From positions 1 through 52,829 of the IMG/VR virus record IMGVR_UViG_3300048579_000117: 52,829 bases of DNA; one strand, written 5' to 3'. The DNA comes from a virus. Positions 22,737 through 30,663 of this stretch are shown piece by piece. The first letter of the stretch is position 1. Every line of letters begins with the position of its first letter. A program made the position numbers and the translations under genes. The notes beneath the pieces were generated by a model. That model was not told the origin of the DNA, did no database searches, and saw only the letters and a list, made by a program, of their open reading frames with translations.

Positions 22737-23255
22737 TCAGTGGGTGGCCCGGTCGCCGGGGCCTTCGGCCTCGGTGAGCGTGATGTCGACGGAGACGGTC
22801 GAAACGGTGGGAAACGTGTCGCCGCAGCTGCAGGTGCTGCAGCGGCCACGATGCAGTTGCGCCAGCTTGCTGCCAAGCTCGACTGTCTCGCTCTCGGTAA
22901 GCACATTGTTCGACGGCAGTTCCATCGACCATTCGGTATCGCTGACGCAGGTGAGCGCCACCGTGCGGCCCGTGCTGAGAGTCACGTGGACCTTGCCGGG
23001 CTGGTCCGGGAGCGGTGCCTTCCTGGCGTTCGATTCGGCGATGACGGCATCGGCTTTCGACGCGATCGACTCCAGGATCTGCGAAAGCTGCAGCGCGGCC
23101 TCTGCGCCTAGCCGGCAGTCGCGGGCGACATCGGCCTGATGCTTCAGGACTTCGTCCGGCACGTTGCGCGTCACGCCCGCGAGGCGTTGGGTCAGGTCCA
23201 GCAACTGCTGGGCGCACTGGGCTTCTTTGATAAGTGTTTTGATCTGCTTTTCCAT
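22737..23255 (-). CDS. First gene of the leftward early operon, hypothetical (172 aa)
   Basis: Starts 60-100 bp downstream of the OL-like operators. Balanced composition. Cys cluster CSTCSCG. Confidence 0.7.
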   Translation of the reverse strand: MEKQIKTLIKEAQCAQQLLDLTQRLAGVTRNVPDEVLKHQADVARDCRLGAEAALQLSQILESIASKADAVIAESNARKAPLPDQPGKVHVTLSTGRTVALTCVSDTEWSMELPSNNVLTESETVELGSKLAQLHRGRCSTCSCGDTFPTVSTVSVDITLTEAEGPGDRATH

Positions 23256-23315
23256 CGCTTGCTCCTCGTCGTTTGGCGGGTGGCCGGCCGCAGCGGGTGC
23301 TGCGTTGAAACAACG

Positions 23316-23353
23316 ATAGCAGTGCTTTTTTGGAATAGCAATAGCAACGCTAT
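23316..23353. promoter_or_regulatory. OL-like operators: ATAGCagtGCTTT (23316-23328) and ATAGCaacGCTAT (23341-23353)
   Basis: 13-bp inverted repeats ATAGC-N3-GCTAT with centres 25 bp apart, in an AT-rich gap upstream of the leftward operon. The same motif occurs between cI and cro. Confidence 0.6.
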
Positions 23354-23437
23354 TTTTTATGGCGAAGGCGTGTGACCGCGTCCATGCGTCGCGCTGGCGG
23401 CTAGATCAGGTGGGTCGTGTAGCGGGGTAGTGCGGCG

Positions 23438-23971
23438 TCAGCGTATCCGGCTGTGCGGATAGAGCGCGTCCTGGGTGGCGATGTCCATTGTTGAGTGATC
23501 GGGCCCTACACGGCCGGACCCTGGGAGCACTCGGTATCCGGTGTATCGCTCACCGTCCGCGGTGCAATACACGCGAAACTCGCCTGGCCTGTTCAGCACG
23601 GTTTGCCAGTGATACGCACCGCACCCCTGAACATCAGCCTTCGCCAAGGCGTGGGTGATTTCGGCGTTGAACACGCTGGTGAGTGCGCCGTAGCGCTCAG
23701 CCACTTCGCGTGGTGCTGGCGCGCGACGCGTCGAGTAATGGACGGCGAGGAACGCTGCGCCGACGACGACGGCAACGATGATCAGTCGCCGGTTGTATCG
23801 CTGTTGGCGCTCTTTCTCAGCCTTGGCCCGGACGTCGGCAAGTAGCTTCGAGGCTGGTGGAGGTGCGGCGTAAGCCGGATCGGGCGTCTTTGCCGGCGCA
23901 CCGCAATGAGGGCAAGTCGTCGCTTCGGTGCTGAGCGGCTTCCCGCACTCGTGACATTTGATTAGTGCCAT
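23438..23971 (-). CDS. Zinc-ribbon / single-TM protein in the rex-equivalent position (177 aa)
   Basis: N-terminal CHECG...CPHCG zinc ribbon, TM helix LIIVAVVVGAAFLAV, then a C-terminal domain of about 100 aa. Lies between the cI-like gene and the OL operators on the cI strand. Flanked by lower-GC DNA. Confidence 0.75.
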   Translation of the reverse strand: MALIKCHECGKPLSTEATTCPHCGAPAKTPDPAYAAPPPASKLLADVRAKAEKERQQRYNRRLIIVAVVVGAAFLAVHYSTRRAPAPREVAERYGALTSVFNAEITHALAKADVQGCGAYHWQTVLNRPGEFRVYCTADGERYTGYRVLPGSGRVGPDHSTMDIATQDALYPHSRIR

Positions 23972-24065
23972 CCTTATGGATTATCCTCAAGGGCTATACC
24001 AAAGCACTTATTCTATGAGGTGAGCGGCTTTGCGGGGAACTGATAAACCCGGCACGGCTGTTTTT

Positions 24066-24518
24066 CTACGCCTTCATTTTTGATGGGATCGTCCCGAATT
24101 TTTCGCGGGCCTGCTTGATTCCCTCGTCCATCTTTGACTGCGCCCACAACTGGCCGTCCGGCGTAAGCGCCCTGTAGGCCGATTCGCTCACGTGCTCGAA
24201 AGGCCACGACACGTAGGGTAAATCTGGCTGGCGAACCTGCACCTTTGGTGCGTTTGCAGAGATCAGCGCGGTGACTTCCAGCGCTTTCGCCGCGACCGAT
24301 GGACTGATGTCCTCAATCCCACAGCGGAACGCCTTCGCGTAGGCGATTGCCGCGTCGACGCTGATGGGGCGGATGCCCTTCGCGTGTTGATACATCGCTG
24401 CCACGCCGCCGGGAATCCCGTGATCGCGCGCAAATGCCGCGCGCTGCCCGCGGTCGAATCCGGCTAGGCGTTGTTCGAGCCGTTCAGCGTCGGTCTTGTC
24501 TTTGGATGTCGTCCCCAT
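24066..24518 (-). CDS. cI: CI-like repressor (XRE-type HTH, no S24 peptidase domain)
   Basis: HTH QRAAFARDHGIPGGVAAMYQHAKGIRPISVDAAIAYAKAF. Divergent from the cro-like gene. Start ATG 24518 keeps the three operators intergenic (the track start 24593 would overlap cro). No Ser-Lys autocleavage motifs. Confidence 0.75.
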   Translation of the reverse strand: MGTTSKDKTDAERLEQRLAGFDRGQRAAFARDHGIPGGVAAMYQHAKGIRPISVDAAIAYAKAFRCGIEDISPSVAAKALEVTALISANAPKVQVRQPDLPYVSWPFEHVSESAYRALTPDGQLWAQSKMDEGIKQAREKFGTIPSKMKA

Positions 24519-24519
24519 G

Positions 24520-24581
24520 AAAGCAACGCTATCGCGCTGAATCGAAAGCATGGCTTGCTTGTTGAGCAATAGCGATGCTAT
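24520..24581. promoter_or_regulatory. OR-like tripartite operator: AAAGCaacGCTAT (24520-32), AAAGCatgGCTTG (24545-57), ATAGCgatGCTAT (24569-81)
   Basis: Three 13-bp AGC-N3-GCT palindromes with centres 24-25 bp apart in the 73-bp cI/cro divergent region. Candidate PR: TTGCTT (24555-60) and TATCGT (24579-84). Confidence 0.6.
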
Positions 24582-24591
24582 CGTTTCAGCC

Positions 24592-24873
24592 ATGGAAACG
24601 ATTTCCCCGATTCAGCGCGCCTGCGATGCGGTTGGTGGACAGGCTCGCTTGGCGGCGAGCCTGTCCGTCACGCCCGCCGCCGTCCACCAGTGGGTGCGAG
24701 GCATTCGCCGCGTACCGACCGACCGCTGCGCCGATATCGAGAAGGCGACGGCGGGCGCGGTGACGTGCGAAGAACTGCGCCCCGACAAGCTCGATTACTG
24801 GGCTTTCCTGCGCGGGTCGCGCGCCACCAACGGCGCGAGCCAGTCCGACGCCTGCACCGAAAAGGTGGCCTGA
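24592..24873 (+). CDS. cro: Cro/YdaS-like HTH regulator (93 aa)
   Basis: ACDAVGGQARLAASLSVTPAAVHQWVRGIRRVPTDRCADIEKAT matches the YdaS/Cro-type HTH. Divergent from cI. No SD before ATG 24592, so possibly leaderless. Confidence 0.75.
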   Translation: METISPIQRACDAVGGQARLAASLSVTPAAVHQWVRGIRRVPTDRCADIEKATAGAVTCEELRPDKLDYWAFLRGSRATNGASQSDACTEKVA

Positions 24874-25121
24874 AGTGCCGCGCCGCGTTGCCCGTTGCGA
24901 CTCCATTTTTCCCGGTACGGCGTTCGCAAACCCGTCCTCCTCGCCGCCGGCTTCGGCCGGTATTCCCCAAGCGGTCATGCGCTGCGCGGTGCCCGTCCCG
25001 GTCGTATCGGGGCGGGTGCTGCGTTCCTGTTTGATTGCGGTGATGTCCATGGCGACCAGTCTATTTTTTTGCCCGGACGAGGTCTTTCCGACAGCGTCCG
25101 ACATTTTCGGAGGTTGTCGGA

Positions 25122-25535
25122 ATGCAGTCTGAAATGCCCTTTTTCGACGGTCCGGACGACGCGCTGCGCGAGGCCGTGCGCGCCCTGGGCGGCCCGAAGG
25201 CTGTCGGTCCGATGCTGTGGCCTGACATGGACCTGGATGCCGCGAAGCGAAAGCTGCACGACGCAATCAACCCGAACCGCGACGAGAAGCTCGCCTTCAC
25301 GCAGATCCTGCTGATCCTGCGCAAGGCGCGGGACACCGGCTACCACGCCGCATTCCAGTACCTCGCCGCAGACGTGGGCTACGACGCACGGCCGATCACG
25401 CGACAGGAAGAGGAAGACCGCATCACCACGACCATTGCCACGGCCAGCAGTACGTTGGCCGCAGCGCTCGCGACGCTCGAACGCCTGCGCGATGGCGCGA
25501 GTTCGAGCGCTTCCGGGGTGCGAGTCGTCCGGTGA
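25122..25535 (+). CDS. Hypothetical early protein (137 aa)
   Basis: GGAGG RBS inside a small hairpin before ATG 25122. GTGA coupling downstream. Confidence 0.7.
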   Translation: MQSEMPFFDGPDDALREAVRALGGPKAVGPMLWPDMDLDAAKRKLHDAINPNRDEKLAFTQILLILRKARDTGYHAAFQYLAADVGYDARPITRQEEEDRITTTIATASSTLAAALATLERLRDGASSSASGVRVVR

Positions 25536-26419
25536 TCCGCGGCGAAGCCATCTTCGACCTGAGCGAGGTCGACCGCTTCCTTACGGGTGTGATGCGCGAT
25601 CGCGTGCCGGCAGCCGCGACGCGCGCGCTGAACGACAACGCCTTCGCCTACCGCAAGCAGTTGCAGGCCACGATGGCCAGCAGCTTCGACCGGCCCACGC
25701 CCTACACGCTGCGCGCGTTCGTGGTCGACAAGGCGGGCGCACGTGCGGCGCTGCAGGCCGATACGCACCGCATCATGGGCCTACCAGCCCCGGCCCCCAG
25801 CAACCGTATCGAGGCGCACGTCTATCTCAACGAAGACCCGAACAAGCAGGGGCTCGAACCGTTCGACACCATCGGGCACCAGTTCACCGGGGGCGAGCCT
25901 GCATTTACCGGGTTCGAGCGGGCGCTGCGCCGCATCGGTGTGCTGCCGCCTGGCTGGCATGCAGTGCCCGGCGGTGGGGTGAGGCTCAACGGATACGGCA
26001 ACGTGAGCCCCGGCCTGATCGTGCAGCTGATCAGCTATTTCCAGGCGTTCGGGGAGCAGGGCTATCGCGCCAATGCATCCGAGCGCACGCGCAAGCGCAG
26101 GGCGGGGAAGGGCGTTGTCGAATACACGGACGTCGCATCCCGTCAGGCCCGCAAGGTCAAGACCATTGCCGGCGTCGAGTACTTCATCAGCCGTGGCCGT
26201 GGCGAGTTCGCCGGCGCCCGCACATGGAAGTCCGGCCGCATGCAGCACCTGCCCCCTGGCATCTACGCCCGCACGGGCATCCATGGCAGCACCCTGCGCT
26301 GCATCTTCAAGTTCGTGCCCTCGACGCGCTATCGCCAGCGCGTGGACATCCTCGCTGTCGCTCGCGACATGGACCTGTCCACGCGCCTGGGCCGCGACTT
26401 CCTGCGCTACCTGCGATAA
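25532..26419 (+). CDS. Hypothetical protein (295 aa)
   Basis: GTG start overlapping the upstream stop. Coding composition. No motif recognised. Confidence 0.7.
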   Translation: MIRGEAIFDLSEVDRFLTGVMRDRVPAAATRALNDNAFAYRKQLQATMASSFDRPTPYTLRAFVVDKAGARAALQADTHRIMGLPAPAPSNRIEAHVYLNEDPNKQGLEPFDTIGHQFTGGEPAFTGFERALRRIGVLPPGWHAVPGGGVRLNGYGNVSPGLIVQLISYFQAFGEQGYRANASERTRKRRAGKGVVEYTDVASRQARKVKTIAGVEYFISRGRGEFAGARTWKSGRMQHLPPGIYARTGIHGSTLRCIFKFVPSTRYRQRVDILAVARDMDLSTRLGRDFLRYLR

Positions 26420-26644
26420 GGCCTCACATGATGCACACCTTGGGCCCGCGCGCCCACGTACACCACCCGTCCCGCCCCGCCTCCCCGAGTGATAGGACAG
26501 CGCAGCGCGTCGCAACGCATTCGATTTCAGTCACGCCCCGCGCGCACCACTCTGGTGCCGGTCGCGGGTCCTTCCCCGAAGCCCCTGAACAGGGTAATGC
26601 GAACCCCTCGATGCCTGTAGTCAGTGGGGGCGGAAGTTACTGAA

Positions 26645-29065
26645 ATGGGGGCGTCGAATCACGATTCAGTGGTGCAGCAGCTGCGCGCTGCAGGGCTGAT
26701 TGTTCCGTACCTGAAGATCACCGGTAAGGCGGTCCGCTGCAAGGTCGAGGGCGAGCGGGAGAAACGCGGCTGGTACATCCTGCATGAACTGATGCTGGAC
26801 GGCGGCGACCTGGTCATCGTCGGGTCGTTCGGGATCTGGCGCGGAAACAACAACGGCGCGCAGAAGGTCACGCTGGAACGAAACGCGCTCACCGATGAGC
26901 AGCAGGCCGCGCTGCGGCAGCGGCTGAAGGACGACCAGAAGCGAGCGGAGCAGGAGCGGCGGGCCGAGGCGAACAGGGCTGCGGAGCAGGCGGACCGCGT
27001 GTGGCGCCGTCTTTCGGTCACCGGGGACTGCGACTACCTGGAGCGCAAGGGCGTCAAGGCGCATGGCGTGAAGTTCACGCCCTCGGGGGCGATGGCCGTT
27101 CCGATGATGGACGTGAGCGGGCGCGTGTGGGGCCTGCAGTTCATCCTCACGCGGGCGAAGCACGCGAAGCGGATTGCCCGCACCGAGCGCGACAAAGAGT
27201 ACTGGCCGGCGGGCCTGGACAAGATCGGGAAGTTCCACCTGGTCGGCGGCGTGCCGACCTGGTGCGTGCTGATCGCTGAGGGCTACGCCACCGCCGCCAC
27301 GCTGCACGAAGCGACCGGCCTGCCCGTCGCGGTCGCGTTCGACGCCGGCAACCTTCTGCCAGTGGCGAGGGTGCTGCGCAAGCGCTATCCCGGTATCAAC
27401 ATCCTGATCTGCGCCGACGACGACGCCTTCGGCAAGTGCCAGGGCTGCAAGGCGCCAGTCAAGACCGGCCGGCTCGATGACCTGTGCCCGGCCTGCGGCA
27501 AGCCGCACCGCTGCGAGAACGCAGGCTGCCGCGACGCGGCGACCGCCTCGCTGACGGTCGAAGGCAAGTGGATCAAGCCCGAGTTCCCCGACGACATGCA
27601 GCGCTGGGAGCGGTTCTGCGAGCGCGGCGCGAAGATCACCGACTTCAACGACCTGCACGCTGCCTGCGGCCTCACCACGGTGCGTTCGCAGATCGAGGAC
27701 GCGATCAGGCGGTTCAATTGGGCCGTACCCGCCGCCGCGCGGGACTCGGCACCTCGGGGGGGAGGGGCGGCGGCCGATCTGCGGCCAGTCGAGAGCGTCG
27801 AAACGCTGCTCGAACGCTTCTCGCTCGTCTACGGCCACGGCGGGTCAGTGTTCGATCATCAGGAACACATCCTGGTCACGCTCTCGGACATGCGCGATCT
27901 CTGCACGCGGCGCGAATTCTCGCGGCGCTGGCAGGAACACCCGTCGCGCAAGATCGTGCGCGTCGACGAAGTCGGGTTCGATCCGGGCGAAGAGGACGCC
28001 GCCATCAAGTGCAACCTGTGGGGCGGCTGGCCGACGGTGCCGAAGGCGGGGAAGTGCGACAACCTGCTCGACCTGTTGCGCTACATGTGCCAGGCCGACC
28101 CGAAGGCCGAAGAGCTTTACCGCTGGGTGCTGCGCTGGATCGCCTACCCGATCCAGCACCCGGGCGCGAAGATGAAAACGACCGTCGTCATTCACGGTCC
28201 GCAAGGCACCGGGAAGAACATGTTCTTCGAAGCCGTGATGGCCATCTACGGCCGTTACGGCTGGGTCATCGACCAGTCGGCCATTGAGGACAAGTTCAAC
28301 GACTGGGCCTCGCGCAAGCTGTTCCTGATCGCCGACGAGGTCGTTGCGCGGTCCGAAATGTTCCACATCAAGAACAAGCTGAAGTCGTTCATCACGAACG
28401 ACCAGATCCGCATCAACCCGAAGAACATGCAGGCGTACTGGGAGGCGAACCACGTCAACATGGTTTTCCTCTCCAACGAGCGCATGCCCGTCGTGCTGGA
28501 AGAGGACGACCGCCGGCACGCCGTCATCTGGACGCCCGTCAAGCTCGGGCCCGACTTCTACACCGCGGTGAAAGCCGAGATCGCTGCCGGCGGCATCCCT
28601 GCGCTGCACGACTACCTGCTCAACCTTCCCATGGGCGATTTCGCGGCCCACACGCTCCCGCCGATGACTGAAGCCAAGGCCGAACTCATCGACCTGTCAC
28701 GCGACTCGACCAGCCGCTTCCTCATGCACTGGACGGACGGCGAAATCGGTGGCGTCGGCCTGATGCCGGCCCTGTCGGACGACGTCTATCAGCTCTACGT
28801 CGCGTGGTGCCATCGCAACGGCATCGGGCGTGGTGCGCCACTGAACAAGCTGATCGACGCGCTGGTGAAAAAGCACCGCTGCGGGCATGAGCGCAAGCGC
28901 TACATGGTCGGCGCCAGCACGAAGCAGAGCATGTTCGTGTTCCCCCCGGGGTGCGCTGAGGCCCCGCCAGGCAGCAACCAGTCGGACTACTTCACCGAGT
29001 GCGTCGAAGCGTTCCGCAACGCCCTCAAGGACTACAGGGAAGGGGTCGGCCGTGGCGGATTCTGA
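26645..29065 (+). CDS. Bifunctional primase-helicase (P4 alpha / D5-like: Toprim primase plus SF3 helicase)
   Basis: Toprim acidic motif NILICADDDAFG with a Cys4 cluster CQGC...CPAC. Walker A IHGPQGTGKN and Walker B LFLIADEV. 806 aa from ATG 26645 (the track has GTG 26624). Confidence 0.85.
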   Translation: MGASNHDSVVQQLRAAGLIVPYLKITGKAVRCKVEGEREKRGWYILHELMLDGGDLVIVGSFGIWRGNNNGAQKVTLERNALTDEQQAALRQRLKDDQKRAEQERRAEANRAAEQADRVWRRLSVTGDCDYLERKGVKAHGVKFTPSGAMAVPMMDVSGRVWGLQFILTRAKHAKRIARTERDKEYWPAGLDKIGKFHLVGGVPTWCVLIAEGYATAATLHEATGLPVAVAFDAGNLLPVARVLRKRYPGINILICADDDAFGKCQGCKAPVKTGRLDDLCPACGKPHRCENAGCRDAATASLTVEGKWIKPEFPDDMQRWERFCERGAKITDFNDLHAACGLTTVRSQIEDAIRRFNWAVPAAARDSAPRGGGAAADLRPVESVETLLERFSLVYGHGGSVFDHQEHILVTLSDMRDLCTRREFSRRWQEHPSRKIVRVDEVGFDPGEEDAAIKCNLWGGWPTVPKAGKCDNLLDLLRYMCQADPKAEELYRWVLRWIAYPIQHPGAKMKTTVVIHGPQGTGKNMFFEAVMAIYGRYGWVIDQSAIEDKFNDWASRKLFLIADEVVARSEMFHIKNKLKSFITNDQIRINPKNMQAYWEANHVNMVFLSNERMPVVLEEDDRRHAVIWTPVKLGPDFYTAVKAEIAAGGIPALHDYLLNLPMGDFAAHTLPPMTEAKAELIDLSRDSTSRFLMHWTDGEIGGVGLMPALSDDVYQLYVAWCHRNGIGRGAPLNKLIDALVKKHRCGHERKRYMVGASTKQSMFVFPPGCAEAPPGSNQSDYFTECVEAFRNALKDYREGVGRGGF

Positions 29066-29072
29066 CCTGAAA

Positions 29073-29339
29073 TGTGCAGGGTGTGCAGGGCATGTGCAGG
29101 GTGATGTGCAGGGTACGAATAGCCCGCAAACGGCTTGCGAAAGCCAATGTGCAGGGTGTGCAGGGTTCTCGCGCACGTGTACACGCGAGAACGCAACGCG
29201 CCCCCGCCGTCGCTCCATTGAAAAATCGATTTCTCGTGTACACGCGACCCTGCACACCCTGCACACCCTGCACATTCCAACATCCATGCGGGTTTCCGCC
29301 CGTTTCGTACCCTGCACATCACCCTGCACACCCTGCACA
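29073..29339. repeat. Iteron array: 12 copies of TGTGCAGGG (6 direct at 29073-29165, 6 inverted at 29248-29339) around a hairpin and an AT-rich centre
   Basis: Direct copies at 29073, 29082, 29093, 29105, 29148 and 29157. Inverted CCCTGCACA at 29248, 29257, 29266, 29310, 29322 and 29331. Hairpin ttctcgcg-N10-cgcgagaa at 29166-29191. GTGTACACGCGA is repeated at 29177 and 29236. Confidence 0.9.
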
Positions 29340-29371
29340 AAGGGTGTAGTGGTGGAGAAAGGTGTAGAGCG

Positions 29372-29971
29372 ATGAGCGAAGTGAAGGCCGAAATGGGCTT
29401 CGCCGAATTCGCCCGACACCTCGGCGTGCGTCCGTCCTACATCACCGAACTGCGCAAGGCTGGCCGCCTGGTGCTGACCGACGACGCCAAGGCCGTGAAG
29501 GTCGCGGAATCGCTCGCCCTGATCGACAGCACCCGCGACCCCTCGCGCGGCGGCGTCGCGGCCCGGCATGCCGCCGCGCGCGGCCACGAAGTCGGGCCCG
29601 GCCCCTCGGCTGAGACGGCAGCTGACCCGGCCGACGACGAAGAGCGCGCCGTTTCAGTCGCCGCCGCGTCGAACGACCACGGCTTCCAGAAGGCCAAGGC
29701 CATCAACGAGCGGTACAAGGCCATGACCGCCAAGGTCGAGTACGAACGGCTCATCGGCCGGCTGGCGCCGGTGGATGAGATCGAGGCCGCCGCCGCCGAC
29801 CTGGTGACATCCCTGCGCCGTCGGCTCGAAAACATGGGCGCAATGCTCGCGCCCCTCGTCGCTCCGGTCACCGAGCCCTCCGCCTGCCGGGCGCTCATCG
29901 ACGAATACGTCGAAGGCGTGCTGCGCGAAACCTCCGACACCCTGAAACCGAAGAAGGGAACCCCGCAATGA
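29372..29971 (+). CDS. terS: Terminase small subunit (Nu1-like, N-terminal HTH)
   Basis: N-terminal HTH MGFAEFARHLGVRPSYITELRKAG. Central ERYKAMTAKVEYERLIGRLAPVDEI resembles the lambda Nu1 region ERHRLTRAQADAQELKNARDSAEVV. Lies upstream of the packaging genes. Confidence 0.6.
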   Translation: MSEVKAEMGFAEFARHLGVRPSYITELRKAGRLVLTDDAKAVKVAESLALIDSTRDPSRGGVAARHAAARGHEVGPGPSAETAADPADDEERAVSVAAASNDHGFQKAKAINERYKAMTAKVEYERLIGRLAPVDEIEAAAADLVTSLRRRLENMGAMLAPLVAPVTEPSACRALIDEYVEGVLRETSDTLKPKKGTPQ

Positions 29972-30663
29972 ACGCCCCCGAACTGCGGCCGGTGGTCGGC
30001 CTGCGCCCCTACGCCGGCAACGCCAAGCGCCACCCGCCCGAACAGATCGAGCAGATGGCCCGCACCTTCGACGCCCTGGGCTTCGTAGGCGCCATCGTCG
30101 TGCGCGACGGCACCATCGCCAAGGGGCACGGCAGCCTGAAGGCCGTCGAATCGATCTATGCCCGCGGCGGGCTGCTCTACCCGGCGCCGGGCCGGGAGCA
30201 GGGCGCCGAACCCTTTCCGGCCGGCACCGTGCCGGTGCTCGACGTCACCGGCTGGACTGAAGCCCAGTTCCGCGCCTACGTCATCGCAGACAACCGGCTG
30301 GCCGAAGGCGGCGACTGGGACGCCGAACTGCTGCGCGGCGAACTCGACGCACTGGCCGACTTCGACGACTTCGACTTCGATCGCCTGGGCCTCGATTTCG
30401 ACGACGCCCTGAGCGCGCTGGACGAGGACGAACGCACCGTCGACGCGAATGCCGCGCGCCAGCCCGATGACGAAGGCACGGCCCAGCAGCCGGCCGCCGC
30501 CGGCACGACGACAAGCGCACCCACGGCCCCAAAGGCGCCGCCGAAGAAACCCACCGTCTACCCGGTGATGGTCAGCCTGAACCGCGCCCAGTACGACCGG
30601 CTGCAGGCCTTCAAGGACGAACACGGCATGTCGGATGTCGATGTGCTGATGAGGGGCATCTGA
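29968..30663 (+). CDS. ParB-like N-terminal nuclease domain protein
   Basis: LRPYAGNAKRHPPEQIEQMARTFDALGFVGAIVV is the ParB/Srx-type motif seen in phage ParB-methylase pairs. Acidic, low-complexity C-terminus. ATGA coupled. Confidence 0.75.
   Translation: MNAPELRPVVGLRPYAGNAKRHPPEQIEQMARTFDALGFVGAIVVRDGTIAKGHGSLKAVESIYARGGLLYPAPGREQGAEPFPAGTVPVLDVTGWTEAQFRAYVIADNRLAEGGDWDAELLRGELDALADFDDFDFDRLGLDFDDALSALDEDERTVDANAARQPDDEGTAQQPAAAGTTTSAPTAPKAPPKKPTVYPVMVSLNRAQYDRLQAFKDEHGMSDVDVLMRGI

Noticed and set aside
24586-25266. 226-aa minus-strand ORF and plus-strand ORF 24875..25132 in the region downstream of cro
   Set aside because: The minus ORF would be fully antisense to cro and has no RBS. The plus ORF has only moderate GC3 and an implausible Cys/Pro/Ser-rich sequence. 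The region is treated as regulatory non-coding DNA.
25435-26643. 402-aa ORF overlapping 25532..26419 in another frame
   Set aside because: The translation is Arg/Pro/Ala/His-rich and low in complexity. The alternative frame gives a balanced protein that is GTGA-coupled to the upstream gene.
29073-29339. Possible CRISPR array suggested by many short identical repeats
   Set aside because: The units are only 9 bp, often abut one another without spacers, and occur in both orientations with mirror symmetry. No cas genes are present. This is iteron-type architecture.
29025-29375. Track ORFs 29074..29349(+), 29025..29273(-), 29032..29340(-) and 28887..29375(+), which encode Cys/Arg/Val-rich peptides
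   Set aside because: They are read through the TGTGCAGGG iteron array. Their repetitive CRVCRV / VQGVQG translations are a by-product of the DNA repeats, and no RBS or coding GC3 is present.
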